Shown here one piece after another: positions 37,601 to 50,310 of a DNA stretch of 64,000 nucleotides. Position 1 is the first letter of the stretch; the number at the start of each line of letters is the position of its first letter. The stretch is from positions 1,637,696 through 1,701,695 of the forward strand of contig MU058540.1 in assembly GCA_013265495.1 (NCBI GenBank), in the 5' to 3' direction. The notes beneath the pieces are model-generated. The model was not told where the DNA came from and did no database searches. It worked only from the letters and a program-made list of their open reading frames with translations. Made by a program: the position numbers and the translations under genes. Origin of the DNA: Vicugna vicugna (Eukaryota).

Positions 37601-38219
37601 CTAAGCTCAGACACGAGGGAACAGGAGACTCACTCCGCTAAAGAACAGGACCAAGGATAAGCCTGACCCAAGTCAGGCACCGACCTAACTGTCCAAGCCT
37701 GAACCAGATACTTGAGAGGGAGAGAAAGCCCACGATCTCAAATCTGTCCTCAGCAGGATGCTAGCCAGCGGCCAACATCCATTCTCACATGACCCCAGCA
37801 GGCTCCCCGCTTCAGACTCCCTGTGACAGAAGAGGAAGTGGAAGTTCTTTCTGTTCTCGCCTTCTTGTTGCTTCATTTGAAACCTTCAGGGGAATCTGGT
37901 CATGGAAATGAGGTTTCTAACCACTTTTTTCAATCATGCCCAATCCTGCGCTAAACTGGGCAAATTTCTGACTTCCAGAGAAGCCCATATACTCACATTT
38001 TGGATAATTACACCCAATTCTCAGAGAAATGCTTTACCCTTAGAGAAAATAACATTACTACCTGGTGTCTGGGCTTCTCAGCTCTGCGTGCTGAAGGGAG
38101 CATCTAGCCAGAGGAGAAACCGGGGCTTGCCGGCTTCTCGGCTAGCTGGGGGTCGAGGACACAGGGCCTGGCCACAGCTGCAGCGCAGTAAGAGTGGAGG
38201 TTTGCTTGCAGTTCAGAAG

Positions 38220-38225
38220 TTTATT
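38220..38225 (-). promoter_or_regulatory. TCP11: TCP11 polyadenylation signal AATAAA
   Basis: tttatt on the + strand, about 170 nt downstream of the TCP11 stop codon. Confidence 0.8.
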
Positions 38226-38397
38226 AGCAAATGAGTTTGGGCCAGCTGGTGTTTACATGCTTGGTCACTACAGCGTGGTGTACTGGCCGCAGAAGCAGAG
38301 AGGGCTCGCTGCCCTGCTGGTCACTGATGACGTCCCCTCAAAAAAACGATGGGCTTCTCTCCTGGGTCCAAGGAGCCAGGGCTTGGAGCCGGTGCCA

Positions 38398-38630
38398 TCA
38401 GAGAGACTCCACTTCTGTTTCCAGTGCCTGAGCTGGGGGAAGGAGCGTTTTTAAGATCTCCGTGTAGTAGGGGCCAAACACCTGCTGATTGTGGTGTGTT
38501 AGGTTGACAAACTTTTGGCCAAGTTCTGCCAGTTCTGCTTCAATGAGAGTCAGGCCTCCAGGGAGGTCAAGCAGAGAACGCTGCACACCAAGAACCAGAC
38601 AACATTTAAGGAACAAGTGGATCCGCTGAT
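38398..38630 (-). CDS. TCP11: TCP11 last coding exon (DQRIHLFLKCCLVLGVQ...HHNQQVFGPYYTEILKTLLPPAQALETEVESL*)
   Basis: ctcacag|AT acceptor, 233 nt to TGA; TCP11-family C-terminal motif N..VFGPYY. Confidence 0.96.
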
Positions 38631-39364
38631 CTGTGAGCAGGAGAAGACAGTGAGAAGGGAGAAGGCGAACAACTTTCAGGGAAAAACACTGCCCCTGCAC
38701 TCCACTCACCCAAGTTCTAAGTTAACTGAGGTAGTCACTGACCTACCCACTCACCTAGAGATAAGGAAATTTGTTTTGTTTGGGAAGGGGGCCGCTACCT
38801 AGTTCCTAAGGACAAAGCAAAGATCAAAAATTAGTGGGCTAGTGAATTTCAATCCAAAAGATTAAGTATCCCATCAGTTAGATCCTAGTATTTGACATAA
38901 CAGGGGAATCTTAGACTGACCCATCAGATGGCACAGGTTAAGAGCAAGGTCAAGTTCACAGCCTCCATTCCAACATGGGACAGGAAATCCCTGCTTCAGA
39001 AAGATGTCCTCCAACCTGATTCAGCATCAGTTTCTTGGCAGTGGGGTGGGGGGGATGTCACATGTCTTGGACTGCAGTCCAAAAATGACCCAGAAGGCCA
39101 GAGATGACTTAACCAGGTTGGCTGGCCAGTATGCCACACCTAGAAGTCATGAATTCCTGGGTGCAACTATTCCTTAGAACTGCACAGTCTTTAAACTAAA
39201 AGGGACATGTTTTCAACCCAGCATTTTGCAAAAACTAAAACCTACACAGTGCCTTGCCCAATCATCCTGCCTTTTATTGTTAACCGGTTCAGAAACTGAC
39301 TTCCGGGGTCGGGATCTGCCTCTCCCTCCCCTCAGCATTCTCACAACCCCCCATGCGCGCTCAC

Positions 39365-39531
39365 CAATGACACTGCGGACACAGTTCTCCTTCTTGGCGA
39401 CATTCTGGAGCTGTCCTATCAGAGATGCGGTGTTGTCGCTGCTCAGAGCAGCAAGGCCCATGTTCTTGAGGCTTTGATGGATTTCCTGAGACACCTGTTC
39501 ACTCACAGTCACCATAGCCTCCTCCTCAGGC
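39365..39531 (-). CDS. TCP11: TCP11 exon (RPEEEAMVTVSEQVSQEIHQSLKNMG...KENCVRSVI)
   Basis: gtctag|G, G|gtgagc, 167 nt, phase 2-1, consistent with neighbouring exons. Confidence 0.95.
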
Positions 39532-40269
39532 CTAGACCATGAAGGAGAGTGAGTTGGTACCCAAGGGGTGGCCCTGAGTCCGGGAAGCTCTGTACCAGAG
39601 GCTGGGCCCCCACCCATCCTCCTGCCCTCACTCCAGGCCCTGGGAGCACAGAGCCCAGTGGGTAGGCTCAGTGTCTTCACTATCACCCTCTCGATACTGA
39701 CTTTTCTCTATATATGTTACCATGTTCTTCTTAGAAAACAAGATTAATTATATAAATTCAGCTCTGGACAGGAGCTTGCTATCCATCAGTATATTTTAGC
39801 CCCATGGAATTTATTTTCACATACACATTTCTAACACTTTCTTGGGCATCTTCCATGGTCGTTTGTCCTACTCTCACCAACTACAATGACAAACCTGGCC
39901 TTCTGATGCCTCTTTTCCTTTTGGGGTGACACCTTGCATTCAGTGGATATTCAATCAATAATGCTGACTGGTCAACTCCTAGATACACTTATGACCAGAC
40001 CACTCAACTAGATCAGGACTCCTTCATAGCAAACAAGGTAATGAATCGTTTTGTAGTAAACTGTCCTCCATACTACCCTTTTGGAAGAAAGTTTTATTTT
40101 TCTTTGTCATAAGCCTCAAGACCACTTATGGAAAGATATGAACAATCTTTGTGGATGGTTCCAAAGGACCGTTTCTGTGGTTTCTGGTGGAACATAAGCA
40201 ATCCTTCATTATCTGCTTGGGTCCTCAAACCACCCATCATTACTCTAAAAAAAGATCCATGCACCTCAC

Positions 40270-40451
40270 CTGGAGTTAAACTCCTCCATCAGGGCTTTGA
40301 TTGTACGTTTCAGCTTATCCACAAATTGAGGTGAGCCAAACAGAACACTGCCAGAGAAACTGCTGGCCACTAGCAAGACTGAGGCCAGGATGGTTAACTG
40401 GTTCAGCTGGGCCTCCAGCTCCTGCAGCCGGGCTCTATGCATCAGCAGGGT
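40270..40451 (-). CDS. TCP11: TCP11 exon (TLLMHRARLQELEAQ...LMEEFNSR)
   Basis: ccccag|ACC, AG|gtgagg, 182 nt. Confidence 0.96.
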
Positions 40452-40542
40452 CTGGGGAAGAAGGCAGAGCAGGCTGTCAGGAGAGGAAGGTCCTCGTGGA
40501 AGTCCTGACTCTGACCACAGGGCAATGCCCCACAAGTCCTAC

Positions 40543-40760
40543 CTCCGGGAACTCTTCATCTTCAGGGTCCCAGAGGAGGAGGTTCAGGAAGCCCTGGGAC
40601 AGGACCATCGCAGGGCTGAGGGGCTCCGGGCTGATGGCTGCTTCGCTTGGAGAGGAGCTGGCCCCATTGGAGGAGTTGGGAGTGTCCGGGCAGGAGGGAG
40701 GCGGCATGGAGAGGTCTGCCGCCGCTTGGGCCAGCCATTTGGTGGTGTGATCGAGGAGGC
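40543..40760 (-). CDS. TCP11: TCP11 exon (RLLDHTTKWLAQ...GFLNLLLWDPEDEEFPE)
   Basis: tcacag|GC, GAG|gtagga, 218 nt. Confidence 0.96.
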
Positions 40761-41015
40761 CTGTGACAGGAAGAGCATGTGCGAGCACCCTCAGCATCTG
40801 CATCCCCGAGGCTTCAAAACTAAGGTGCAAGACGCCCTCCTGCTTGATAAGTAAGTACTTGGTGGGGGGTCTTTCTGGCTTAGATTACTCTTCTTTCTGC
40901 CACCCCTACTTGAGGAAGAAACTTTCTGTTCCTCAAAGCGGCAGAATACTCTCTCAAGTCATAAAAGTCAGACTAAGTCTTATTTCCCACTCCTGCCCTC
41001 AAGTCATATACGTAC

Positions 41016-41152
41016 GAGGCTGCTTGTTGAGGAGTTCCTGGAATTTAGCTCGTTCATACTGAATGGAATGTTCCTGCAGTTGGGGCTGAAGGCTCTGGAT
41101 AGTGTAGTTCACCATGTCCATTTTCATCAGGCCCAGAACCTGGAAGATCCCT
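41016..41152 (-). CDS. TCP11: TCP11 exon (GIFQVLGLMKMDMVNYTIQSLQPQLQEHSIQYERAKFQELLNKQP)
   Basis: tgccag|A, C|gtacgt, 137 nt; MKMDM.N and YER.KF family motifs. Confidence 0.97.
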
Positions 41153-41850
41153 CTGGCACAGGAGGAAATGGGAGATTTATACAAGGAAAGGAAATCCAAT
41201 GAGAGGGGAACCTACCCACGGCACATTCAGTCACTGTAATCTGGAGTCAGGAGGGGCTTTAAAACCCAACTCAGTCCTGCCTCCTGGCACTGTGGTCCAG
41301 GACCCAAGGCCCTGAGACAGTGAGTGGCAGAGCTGGGAACAGAGAAGTCTCTGGACCTTGAGGCCTTCAGACTGTTCCACAACGGCCATTCTGTTGTCTC
41401 TTAAGAAAGGCAGTCACTGGAAGGAGACATACCAGCATGCCAGCAAATCTCCCTGGGAAGTCAGGTTAGAGGTGATGCTATTTCTGACAATATTCTGGGG
41501 CCACTTTTTTTTTTTCCATTTTCTGGGTCTTGGTTTCTATAGCTATGAAAAAGGGATAACCTCCCATCCTTGTCCCCTCATTGTGTGAACTGCAATGAGA
41601 AAACCTGAGAAAGGGAGGTTTGAATTCCTTGGAATAAAGGATTTCATACTCCAGTGATTTATGGTAGGATGATACACAGGGGGCCTGATCAATCTAAGGC
41701 CATCTTTGGAAAAGAAAAGCTAACAGGCCAGAGAAAAGAGGAGTTAGTCAGGTCTTCAGCAGGGAAGCGCCAGCCCAGACAGAGGCTGCGACCCAGTGCC
41801 TGGCCCAGGGGGTGAGGCAGGTTTCAAGAAACAGCAGTCAAGTTTCACAC

Positions 41851-42071
41851 CTCAGTAAGCGAACAGGGTCTGTGATGTTCTCCAGTTTCTGCACTGCTTC
41901 ATCTCGAACTGGTGCACACAGCAAAGTCATCATGTTGAGAATGTACTTAGAGAGATGAGGGACATTCAGGGTCCCACGTTCTGCTTCCTTCTTGAGGAGG
42001 TCCATGTCCAGGGCTGCTTCTATCTCACTTCGTAGGCGGTTCTGGCGTGGCAGCAGCAGGGACAGCAAGAT
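41851..42071 (-). CDS. TCP11: TCP11 exon (ILLSLLLPRQNRLRSEIE...LCAPVRDEAVQKLENITDPVRLLR)
   Basis: gggcag|ATC, AG|gtgtga, 221 nt; CAP.RD family motif. Confidence 0.97.
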
Positions 42072-43771
42072 CTGCCCAGGAAAGAAAGTCATAGAAGGAG
42101 CTGTGTTCTGTTTAGAGCCCCAGCCTTTCTCTAGTGGACAGCACCTTTAGCCAAAGATATCCCAGCCTGTGTCTTTTAAGGATCAAGAAGTCTGGTCCCT
42201 AAATTTCCTACAGGATGTTATTTATCATTGTTTAGGGGCTAATGATAGTTCAAGGCTTTAGGGGATCAGCGATAGCAGTAGTGTATCATTTTCTATGTAG
42301 AACGAGATACAGAGATGAGCAAAACCAAGAAGTATGGTAAAAAGAAACACAAGGTACAACAAACATAAAATGCACACTGTCACATGGTGATGAGGTACTC
42401 TTAACTTACCAAAGCAAGCATTTCTGATATTTTACTTCACAGGGCAAGGATGAAACAAGCAAAGGAACTGTTAAGAGTCCTTTGAAATAGTCTATTAACC
42501 CAGAAATATAAGTTCCCTGTGGACAGAGACTCATTCATCTCTGTGCCTTTGTAACACCCAGAACAGGGTGGTAGTGAGGGATAGGGCTGGGGGGGGTGGT
42601 TTGCTGTTTTTGTTTTTTCATTTTTCCAGCAGTTTTTTTTTTTTTTAGGGCTGCTTAATTTAATGGAATATTGTGTTGTCACAGCAAGATCCCAACAGTC
42701 AGCTTCATCTTAAATAAAAGTTGCTCCATACTATCGATTTAAATGACAAACTATGCCAGTTGTCAATCTGGAGCCTCCCAGTTCCAATCTACCCCTCAGT
42801 GCCATCTCTGTGAAAGTGGAGCTGGGCCCTTTAAGTATTGAGCCTTTGCCGGCTGGCCCATGTTTAAGTTCTGCTGGTAGAGGGTGCTAGTGAGAGCCCT
42901 GCAAGAAGACGAGGTCTTCCTCCCTGGCTCTGGGGTCCTCCTCTCAGCAGGCTCCGCAGCACAGCAACTTCTCTCTGTTCAAATTACTATGTGGTTCCTT
43001 TCACCTGACTGGTCCCTCACTGATGCAAAATTGGTACCATAAGTGAAGTTTGAGCTCAAATGGCCACACGGCGACTAGGTTGGATGAGCAGGAAGTAGCA
43101 AGTACTTTAGATGCTTTAGAAAAACATGCAAACTAGAGAATGGCAGATAATCCCTACAAAAATTGAGGAGCCTATCACCTCAGTGAAGTTGCTAGAGTTT
43201 CAGTGGTCTGAAGGTGTCAGCTATCCCCTCCAAGGTGACAGGTAAATTGCTACACCTTAAACCAACCTCACAGAAAAAAAAAAAAACCACAACACTGGTT
43301 GGGCTCTGGATTTTCAAAGCAACATACACCACGTTGAGTTTGCTCCTGCAGCACTTATGGAGAGTTACTCACCAGGTTGCCAGTTTCAAGTGGAACCAGA
43401 GTAAGACTAGGCTCTGAGCAAGTTCAGGCTGCTGTACAAGCCACTCTACCATTTAGGCCTTCTGATCCAGCAGACTCAAGGATACCTGAAGTGTCCCTGG
43501 CAAGTAAGGATGCTGTACGGAGCCTCTGGCAAGCAACAACAGAAGCATCACAGCACAGACTTCTAGGATTTGGGAGCAAATCTATGCCCTCTTCTGCAGA
43601 TAACTATTTGCCTTTTGAGAAACAGCTTCTGGTTTCCTCCTGGGCCTTCGCAGAAAGTAAACACCTCACCATAGGACACCAGGTAATGTTGTCTGACCTA
43701 CCTAGCCACAAGATTGGACATGCTGCACAGCAATCCATCATCAGATGAAAATGGCCCATGAGACCCCAAGC

Positions 43772-45128
43772 ATATACTGGTACTAGGACAGACACATAGA
43801 GCAGACTAAAACAGAGAGCCCAGAAGTAAAACCTGCATATATGGTCAAATCATTTTTGAAAACAATGCCAAGACCATTCAGTGGGGAAAGGACAATCTTT
43901 TCAAAAAATGGTGCTGAGGAAACTGGATATCCATATGCAAAAGAATGAAGTTGAACCTTACCTTACACCATATAAAAAAAATTAACTCAAAACGGATCAA
44001 AGACCTTAATTAACATAAGAGCTAAAATTCTGAATCTCTTAGAAGGACATAGGGATAAATCTTCATAATCTTGGATTTGGCAAGATATGACACCAAAAGC
44101 AGTAGCAACCATAGACTGGATAAATTGGACTTCACTAAAATTAAAACTTTTGTGCATCAAAGGACACTATCAAGAAAAAGACTACCCACAGAATGGAAAA
44201 AAATATTTGCAAATCATTTTAACACAAGTATCCAGAATATCTAAAGAACTCTTATAACTCAACAACAAAAAGACAACTCAATTATAAAATGGGCAAAGGA
44301 CCTGAGTAAACAAAGAAGACCTGTAAGACGGCATCAAGCACAGGAAGACACTCAACATCACGAGCATCAGGGGAATGCAAATCAAAACCACAGTGGGATT
44401 CCACCTTGTACCCACTAAGATGTCTGCAGTTTTTTTTAAAGGAAAATAAACGTTGAAAAATAAGTGAAAATGTGGAGAAATCAGACCCCTCATACATTAC
44501 TGGTGGGAATGTAAAATGGTAAGCCACAGCGGTTTCTCAACAAATTAAACAGAACGACCCTATGACTCAGCAATTCCACTCCTGGGGATATACTCAAAAG
44601 AATGTAAGAGAAAAGATGTTCAAACAGAGACTTGTACATGAATATTCAGAGCACTACTCAGAATAGCAAAAATGTAAAAACAACACAAACATCCATCAAC
44701 AAATGAAAAGATAAACAAAATGTGGTATACCCATATGATGGAATATTATTCAACCATAAAAAGGAATGAAATTCTGATCCGCACTGCAGTGTGGATGAAC
44801 CCTGAAAACATTATGCTAAATGAAAGTTGCCATATGCAAAAGGACAAATGTTGTATGATTCCACTTATATGAGGTACCCAAAGTAGTCAAATTCAGAAAG
44901 ACAGAAGGTAAAATAGAGGCTACCAGACACTGGGGGAAGAGGGGTACAAGGAGTTTATTGTTTAATGGGTAGAGTGTCTGTACAGAAAGATGAAAACATT
45001 CTGGAAGTAGAGAGCAGTGATCGCTGCACAACACTGTGAATGTACTTAATGCCCCTGAATTTTAACACTTAAAATTATTAAAATGGTAAAAAAATTTTAT
45101 GTTTAACATAATTTTAAAAATTTTAAAC
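43772..45128 (+). mobile_element. 5'-truncated old L1 inserted in the ERVL pol region
   Basis: L1 ORF2 3' end and 3' UTR motifs (aaatggtgctgaggaaactggatatcc; gaatgtacttaatgcccctgaa). Confidence 0.9.
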
Positions 45129-46619
45129 TAAGTGTGCAGTGTGGCACCATTCCCAGGGAGGATCAGCCAGCCACCTAGTAGCAGACACTTTCTTTGGCCC
45201 TCCTCCATCGTTGAGAGATAGAGATTCATCCTCGATGGACTAGACATACGTTCTGGATATGGACTATCTTCCCTGTCCGCAGTACTTCTGTTAGCACTGA
45301 CATCCACATGCTCACAGAATGCCTGGGTCCTGGCATGCCCCATAGAAATGTATCTGATCCAGGAATTCATTTTACAGCCAAGAAAGTGGCAGCAATGGGC
45401 TCATACCCACACCTCCCAATGGAGAATCGACTGGTCTTAACTGCAAAGTGGAATGGCTTATTAAAGACTCAATTACAGCATTGAGAGACAATATCCTGAA
45501 AGGAAGAGGCTCTATCTTACAAGGTGCAATAAATATATGCTTTGCATCAAAACCAATATACAGCGCTGGTCCCCAAAGCCAGAATACACGGTCCCAGGAA
45601 TCAAGGAGTGAAAGTAAGACTGGTCCCTCTCACGATTATACCTAATAACCTGTTCACAGAATTTCCGTTTCCCACCCTGACAACTATGGGCTCTGCTGAT
45701 TTGGGAGGAATGCTTGCACTGGTTCCAGTGAATGTGAAGATGAGACTGCCCCCAGGTCACTTGGGGCTCCCTGTGCCACTGGACCAACGAGGTCAAAAGG
45801 AGATACTCTACTGATGAGAGTAACCGCTCCTGAGTACCAAGGAGAAAGCAGGTTGCTGCTACACAGTGGGGCAAGGACTGCGTCTGGAACCCAGAAGATC
45901 CTGCGGTGCCTCTTGGTCCTTCCGTACCCAACAATAAATGTTAATGGAAAACCACAGCATACAAACAACAAAAGCGAAATGCCCGAGGACCCTGACTCTT
46001 TGGCAGTGAAGGTTTGGGACACTCTGCCAGGTAAAGGACCTCAACAGCTGAGGGCAGGGGAATACGGAATGGATAGTAAAAGGAAGCCACGGTATCAACT
46101 ATAGCCTTTGACCAATTGCAGAAACAAAACCACAGATTTTCCCTTTGCTTGTTACAGGCATGGGTTTATCTGTACATGCTAACCATTTTCTACTCTCTCC
46201 TTCCATTATTTTATAGATAGGTTGTTGGAAGTTAACTTTACAATTTGGCCTGTAGGTAACAGAAGGTTCAGTGTGACCGTGACTGAGTTTGTGGAACATT
46301 ACAGACAGCAGTGGATATAACAACTGTTGAAACTGTGAGTCCCATTTAGAAGAAAGGATGAAACTTGTAGGACAGATAGCCATGTCTTACTAGGTAATGA
46401 CAGGGTTCTTTTCAGGAATTCGAAAGTGTGTGTAAGGGTGAATATGGAAGCTGAGTAGCCAAAGGAATGGAATGTGACATTTATCAATTTACTGCCTCTC
46501 AAATCCTCTTAAAATCCATCCTTCTTTTCTCTGCTCTGAGAAAATGGACTAAGTCCTTTAAGTATTTTTCCTTTACCACATGGCACAATTTTCAGCTTCA
46601 TTTGTAGATGGCACCATTA

Positions 46620-47178
46620 AGTAGTTTTCTGTGCTGCATAACAAGTTACCACAAACTAGGGGCTTAAAGCAGCATATACATTTGGTATCTCAGTTTCTGT
46701 GGGTCAGGAGTCCAGAAACAGTTTAACCAGATCCTCTGTTCAGGATCTTGTAAGGTCGCAGTCAAGGTGTTGGCTGGCTGTGTTCTCATTTGGAAACTTA
46801 ACTGGGGAAGGATCTGTTTCCAAACTCATTCGCAATGTTGACAGAATTCATTTCTTTACAGCTGTATACTTGAAGGCCCCGGCTTCTTACCAGCTGTTGG
46901 TTGGATGCTGCCTCCAGGTCCTAGAGACCACCTGCATTTCCTTGCCATGTGGCCCTCTCCATAAGCAGTTCACAGCATACCATTTGCTTTTTCGAGGCCA
47001 GCTGGAAGTTCTCCAGTCTGCGAAGTTCTTACATAATGAAACACAGTCCTCGGAGTGACCTCCCATCATCTTTGCCAGATTCTATTGATTAAAGGCAAGT
47101 TACAGGTCTCATTCACACTCAAGGAGAGAGGATTATACGAGGGATCACTAGGGGTCACCTTAGTGTGTGTCTACCACA
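46620..47178 (-). mobile_element. MaLR (MLT1-like) LTR inserted in the ERVL 3' LTR
   Basis: gctgcataacaagttaccacaaact...ctcagtttctgtgggtcaggagtcc; the minus strand starts tgtggtagac. Confidence 0.8.
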
Positions 47179-47606
47179 CCGTAGAAAGATTGCAAAAGGC
47201 AAGAGCTTTTCCTCCTGGTTCTGGAATGCGCCATGGCAGGCTCCTGTAGTCTGCATGGCTCTGCCAGCAGTTGGCTCCTACAGCCTGAGGGGCTTCTCGG
47301 GTGCTGGGCTCCTGCAGGCAGTGCCAGGCTCCGCAGCACAAGCGACTACTCCAGCACCCAGCTCCTGCAGTGCCTGGTGCTTAGCAGCACATGCAGGCCA
47401 GCAGCTTCCCCTGGCACAGCCGAGCCTTTCAAAGAACCGAATCCTTGGGTGTTGTAACTCAGCCCTAGTTGTATGGTGGGTTCTCCTTGAATGGGATATT
47501 CCAGTAGAGTTTTCTTTGCTTCTTACTAATCCAAACCTTCATTTCTCCAATTCCTTGTTATAATAATTTTTATATTAAAAGTTCCTTGTTGAAATTACTG
47601 TGTGAT

Positions 47607-47908
47607 AAATGAACTACTTTTTATAACTTAGATGACTGATTTCTTGAGTATGTGTAAGCATATTTGACTGTCCTTTATGACTGGATTACCACATTCTGTT
47701 GATTCTTATTTTGTGGCTGGCTTTATTCTTTGATAACTACATTTAAAAAGCTAAAGTTCTAATCTGTTCTTAGAAATAATCAGTACATATATGTAAACTA
47801 AAAAAAGTGCAGTATATTGTATATATGTATTTACATGCAATATAATGTATGTATGCAGTCAAACCGTAAGAATTTTACCTAATAAAACTGAAAAAGGAAA
47901 AAAAAAAA
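47607..47908 (+). mobile_element. Polyadenylated retro-insertion of unidentified origin with 16-bp TSD
   Basis: TSD gaaattactgtgtgat (47591-47606) / gaaattactatgtgat (47909-47924); AATAAA at 47881; A-run ending at 47908. Confidence 0.8.
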
Positions 47909-48037
47909 GAAATTACTATGTGATTTCCATCTCTTGATTAGACTGACTGATTTATGGACCATGTTCTGTTAGGATTTGCTAGCCACTGACATTCCAGTAA
48001 GCTGGGGATGTCTACAAATGGAAAGTTGGTCACTTAC

Positions 48038-48158
48038 CTCTTTAATTTCTTTTAGAAGTTCAAGAGCACAGCTGAAGTCTGGGGGAGTAGCTAATAGTTG
48101 CTCTTTCAGATGATCCCAAAAGGCATTGTGTATTGTCTCCTTGACTCTGCCTTCCAGA
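48038..48158 (-). CDS. TCP11: TCP11 exon (SLEGRVKETIHNAFWDHLKEQLLATPPDFSCALELLKEIKE)
   Basis: cttacag|T, GAG|gtaagt, 121 nt; H.AFWD family motif. Not in the ORF track. Confidence 0.96.
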
Positions 48159-48749
48159 CTGTAAGAGGGCCAAATGAACCATTACTTTTTTCTCTACTCA
48201 GAAACTGCTATAAGGTCATTCTCTCCTAAACCCCAAATAACATTTGATATAACAAACAAAAAAAAAAACCCAAAACCCAAAACCCAAAACATTACACTGA
48301 CAGAGGAAAGCCAGGAGCTATGTCTGGATGTCAGCAGAGTTAACAAGCTGGGGCTAGACCTGGATGTCAGGGGCCCAAGCACTGCCTCGCAGAAGGGCTC
48401 AGCAGGTTCCAGAGCAGCCCTCCCCTTGCTAGGAAGAAAGCTGAACAGAGGTCAGGCGGAACTTTAACACTGATTCTGCCTTTAGCCTAGAAAAGATGAG
48501 ACTTAGTTTCCCTTTATGTATACATATAACAATGAACTAAATGATCTTTCATTGTCTTGTAGATGTAAAATCTAGGAAAGGGATTTCCTTCTGTGATAAC
48601 ACCCGATTATCTGTAGATACTCCCAAATCAGCAGGTCTAAAACTGAATTCACTATCTTCCTCTCCAAACCTGCTCCTCCTGTATTCCCAACCTCAGTGGC
48701 ACTACCATGTGGCCACTCACAGAAGTCAGAAATATCAGTCTTTTACCCC

Positions 48750-50135
48750 CTTAAAAAAAAAAGAGGTAGTAAAAGCAATTCAATTAAAAAGGACAGTCTT
48801 TTCAACAAATGGTGCTGGAATAACTGGACATCCACATGCAAAAAGATGAATCTAAATATAGGCCTTATAGCTTCCACAAATAGATCACAGACCTAAATGT
48901 AAAACATAAAACTCTAAAACTTTCAGAAGGTAACAGGAGAAATCTAGGTGACCTTGGGCTTGGCAACAACATTTTAGATACAACACCAAAAGCAAGATCC
49001 ATGAAAGAAAAAATTGGTAAGTTGGACTTCATTAAAATTAAAAACTGCTCTGTGAGAGACACTTAAAGAGAATGAGAAGACAAGCTACAATCTTTGCAAA
49101 ACACACATCTGATAAAGGACTATATCAAAATATGCAAAGAACTCTTAAAACTCAACAATAAGAAACCAACCCAATTTTAAAACAGGAAAAGATCTGAACC
49201 AAAGTAGAAATACAGATGGCAAATAAGCATATGAAAATATGTTTAACCTCACATCTCATTAGGGAATTATAAATGAAAGTAACAATGAGGTACCACTACA
49301 CACCTATTAGAATGGCCCAAATCCAAAACACTGACAACACCAAATGCTCACAAGCACATGGAGCCATAGGAACTGGTAGGAATGCTAAATGGTACAGCCA
49401 CTCTGGAAGATGGCTTGGCAGTTTCTTACAAAAGTAAACATACTCTTTCCATGCAATCCAACAATGGCACCCCTTGGTATTTAAGTGAGGGAGCCAAAAA
49501 CATGGCCACACAAAAACGTGCACATGGACATTTATAGCAGCTTTATTCATAACTGCCAAAATTTGGAAGCAACCGAGATGTCATTCTGTAGGTGACGGAT
49601 AAATATACTGTGGTACATCCAGACAATGGAATGTTATTCAGCACTAAAAAGAAATGAACTAGCAAGCCCCTCAAACACATGGAAGAAACTTAAGTGCATA
49701 TTGCTAAATGAAAGAAGCCAATCTGCAAAGGCTACATGCTGTATGATTCCAACTATAAGAAATTCTGAAAACCTATGAAGACAGTAAAAAGATCGGTGGT
49801 TGCCAAGGGCTTCAGGGAGAGGAAGGGAAGGGCAAATATGTAAAACACATCGGATTTTTAGGGCAGTGAAATTACTCTGTATGATACAGAAATGATGACT
49901 ACATGTCATTATAGATTTTCAAAACCCATAGAATACATAACACAAAAATTGAACCCCAATGTAAACTTGAGTTAATAATATAATCATACTGGATCAATAG
50001 TAACAAATATACCACGCTAATATAAGATGTAGGTAACAGGAAACTGCTGGAGAAAAGTAAGAAGGTGAGAACTCTCTGTATTTTCCATCATTTTTTGTAA
50101 AAATAAACTGTTCTAAAAAATGGTCTATTAATTTT
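48750..50135 (+). mobile_element. 5'-truncated old L1 (ORF2 3' end and 3' UTR)
   Basis: KKDSLFNKWCWNNWTSTCKKM ORF2 peptide followed by a typical old-L1 3' UTR. Confidence 0.9.
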
Positions 50136-50310
50136 TTAAGAAGCAATTTTTCTCTGAATGCTTATTTAAATGAGGTCTCTGACCTCTGCAGTTAGACTAA
50201 TAAGAAGAAAAAGAATCATTTGAAAATTCCAAGGCTGCACCTAGTAACTGCCAAATACTCATTACTTTTCTTGAAATAAACGTACCCCCTTAAAAAAAAT
50301 ACAGTATTTG

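Larger units (their letters stand above)
42713..47955 (+). mobile_element. Internally deleted ERVL provirus (LTR41/LTR33-like LTRs; pol, integrase and dUTPase remnants) in a TCP11 intron, with nested insertions
   Basis: 5' LTR at about 42713-43027, followed by PBS-like aattggtacca. Pol peptide QVQAAVQATLPFRPSDPAD...SKSMPSSADNYLPFEKQLL (43377-43748). dUTPase-like KMRLPPGHLGL (about 45730). Purine tract gccaaaggaatggaa precedes a 3' LTR from about 46472. Both LTRs share aaattactatgtg near their ends. Confidence 0.85.

Noticed and set aside
38921..38934. CTCF-like motif ccatcagatggcac (similar one near 61219-61235)
   Set aside because: Imperfect matches of this length are expected by chance in 64 kb and cannot be supported without ChIP or conservation data.
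43377..43748. ERVL pol ORF as a domesticated gene
   Set aside because: Short open stretch flanked by frameshifts and interrupted by an L1; no start or splice support.
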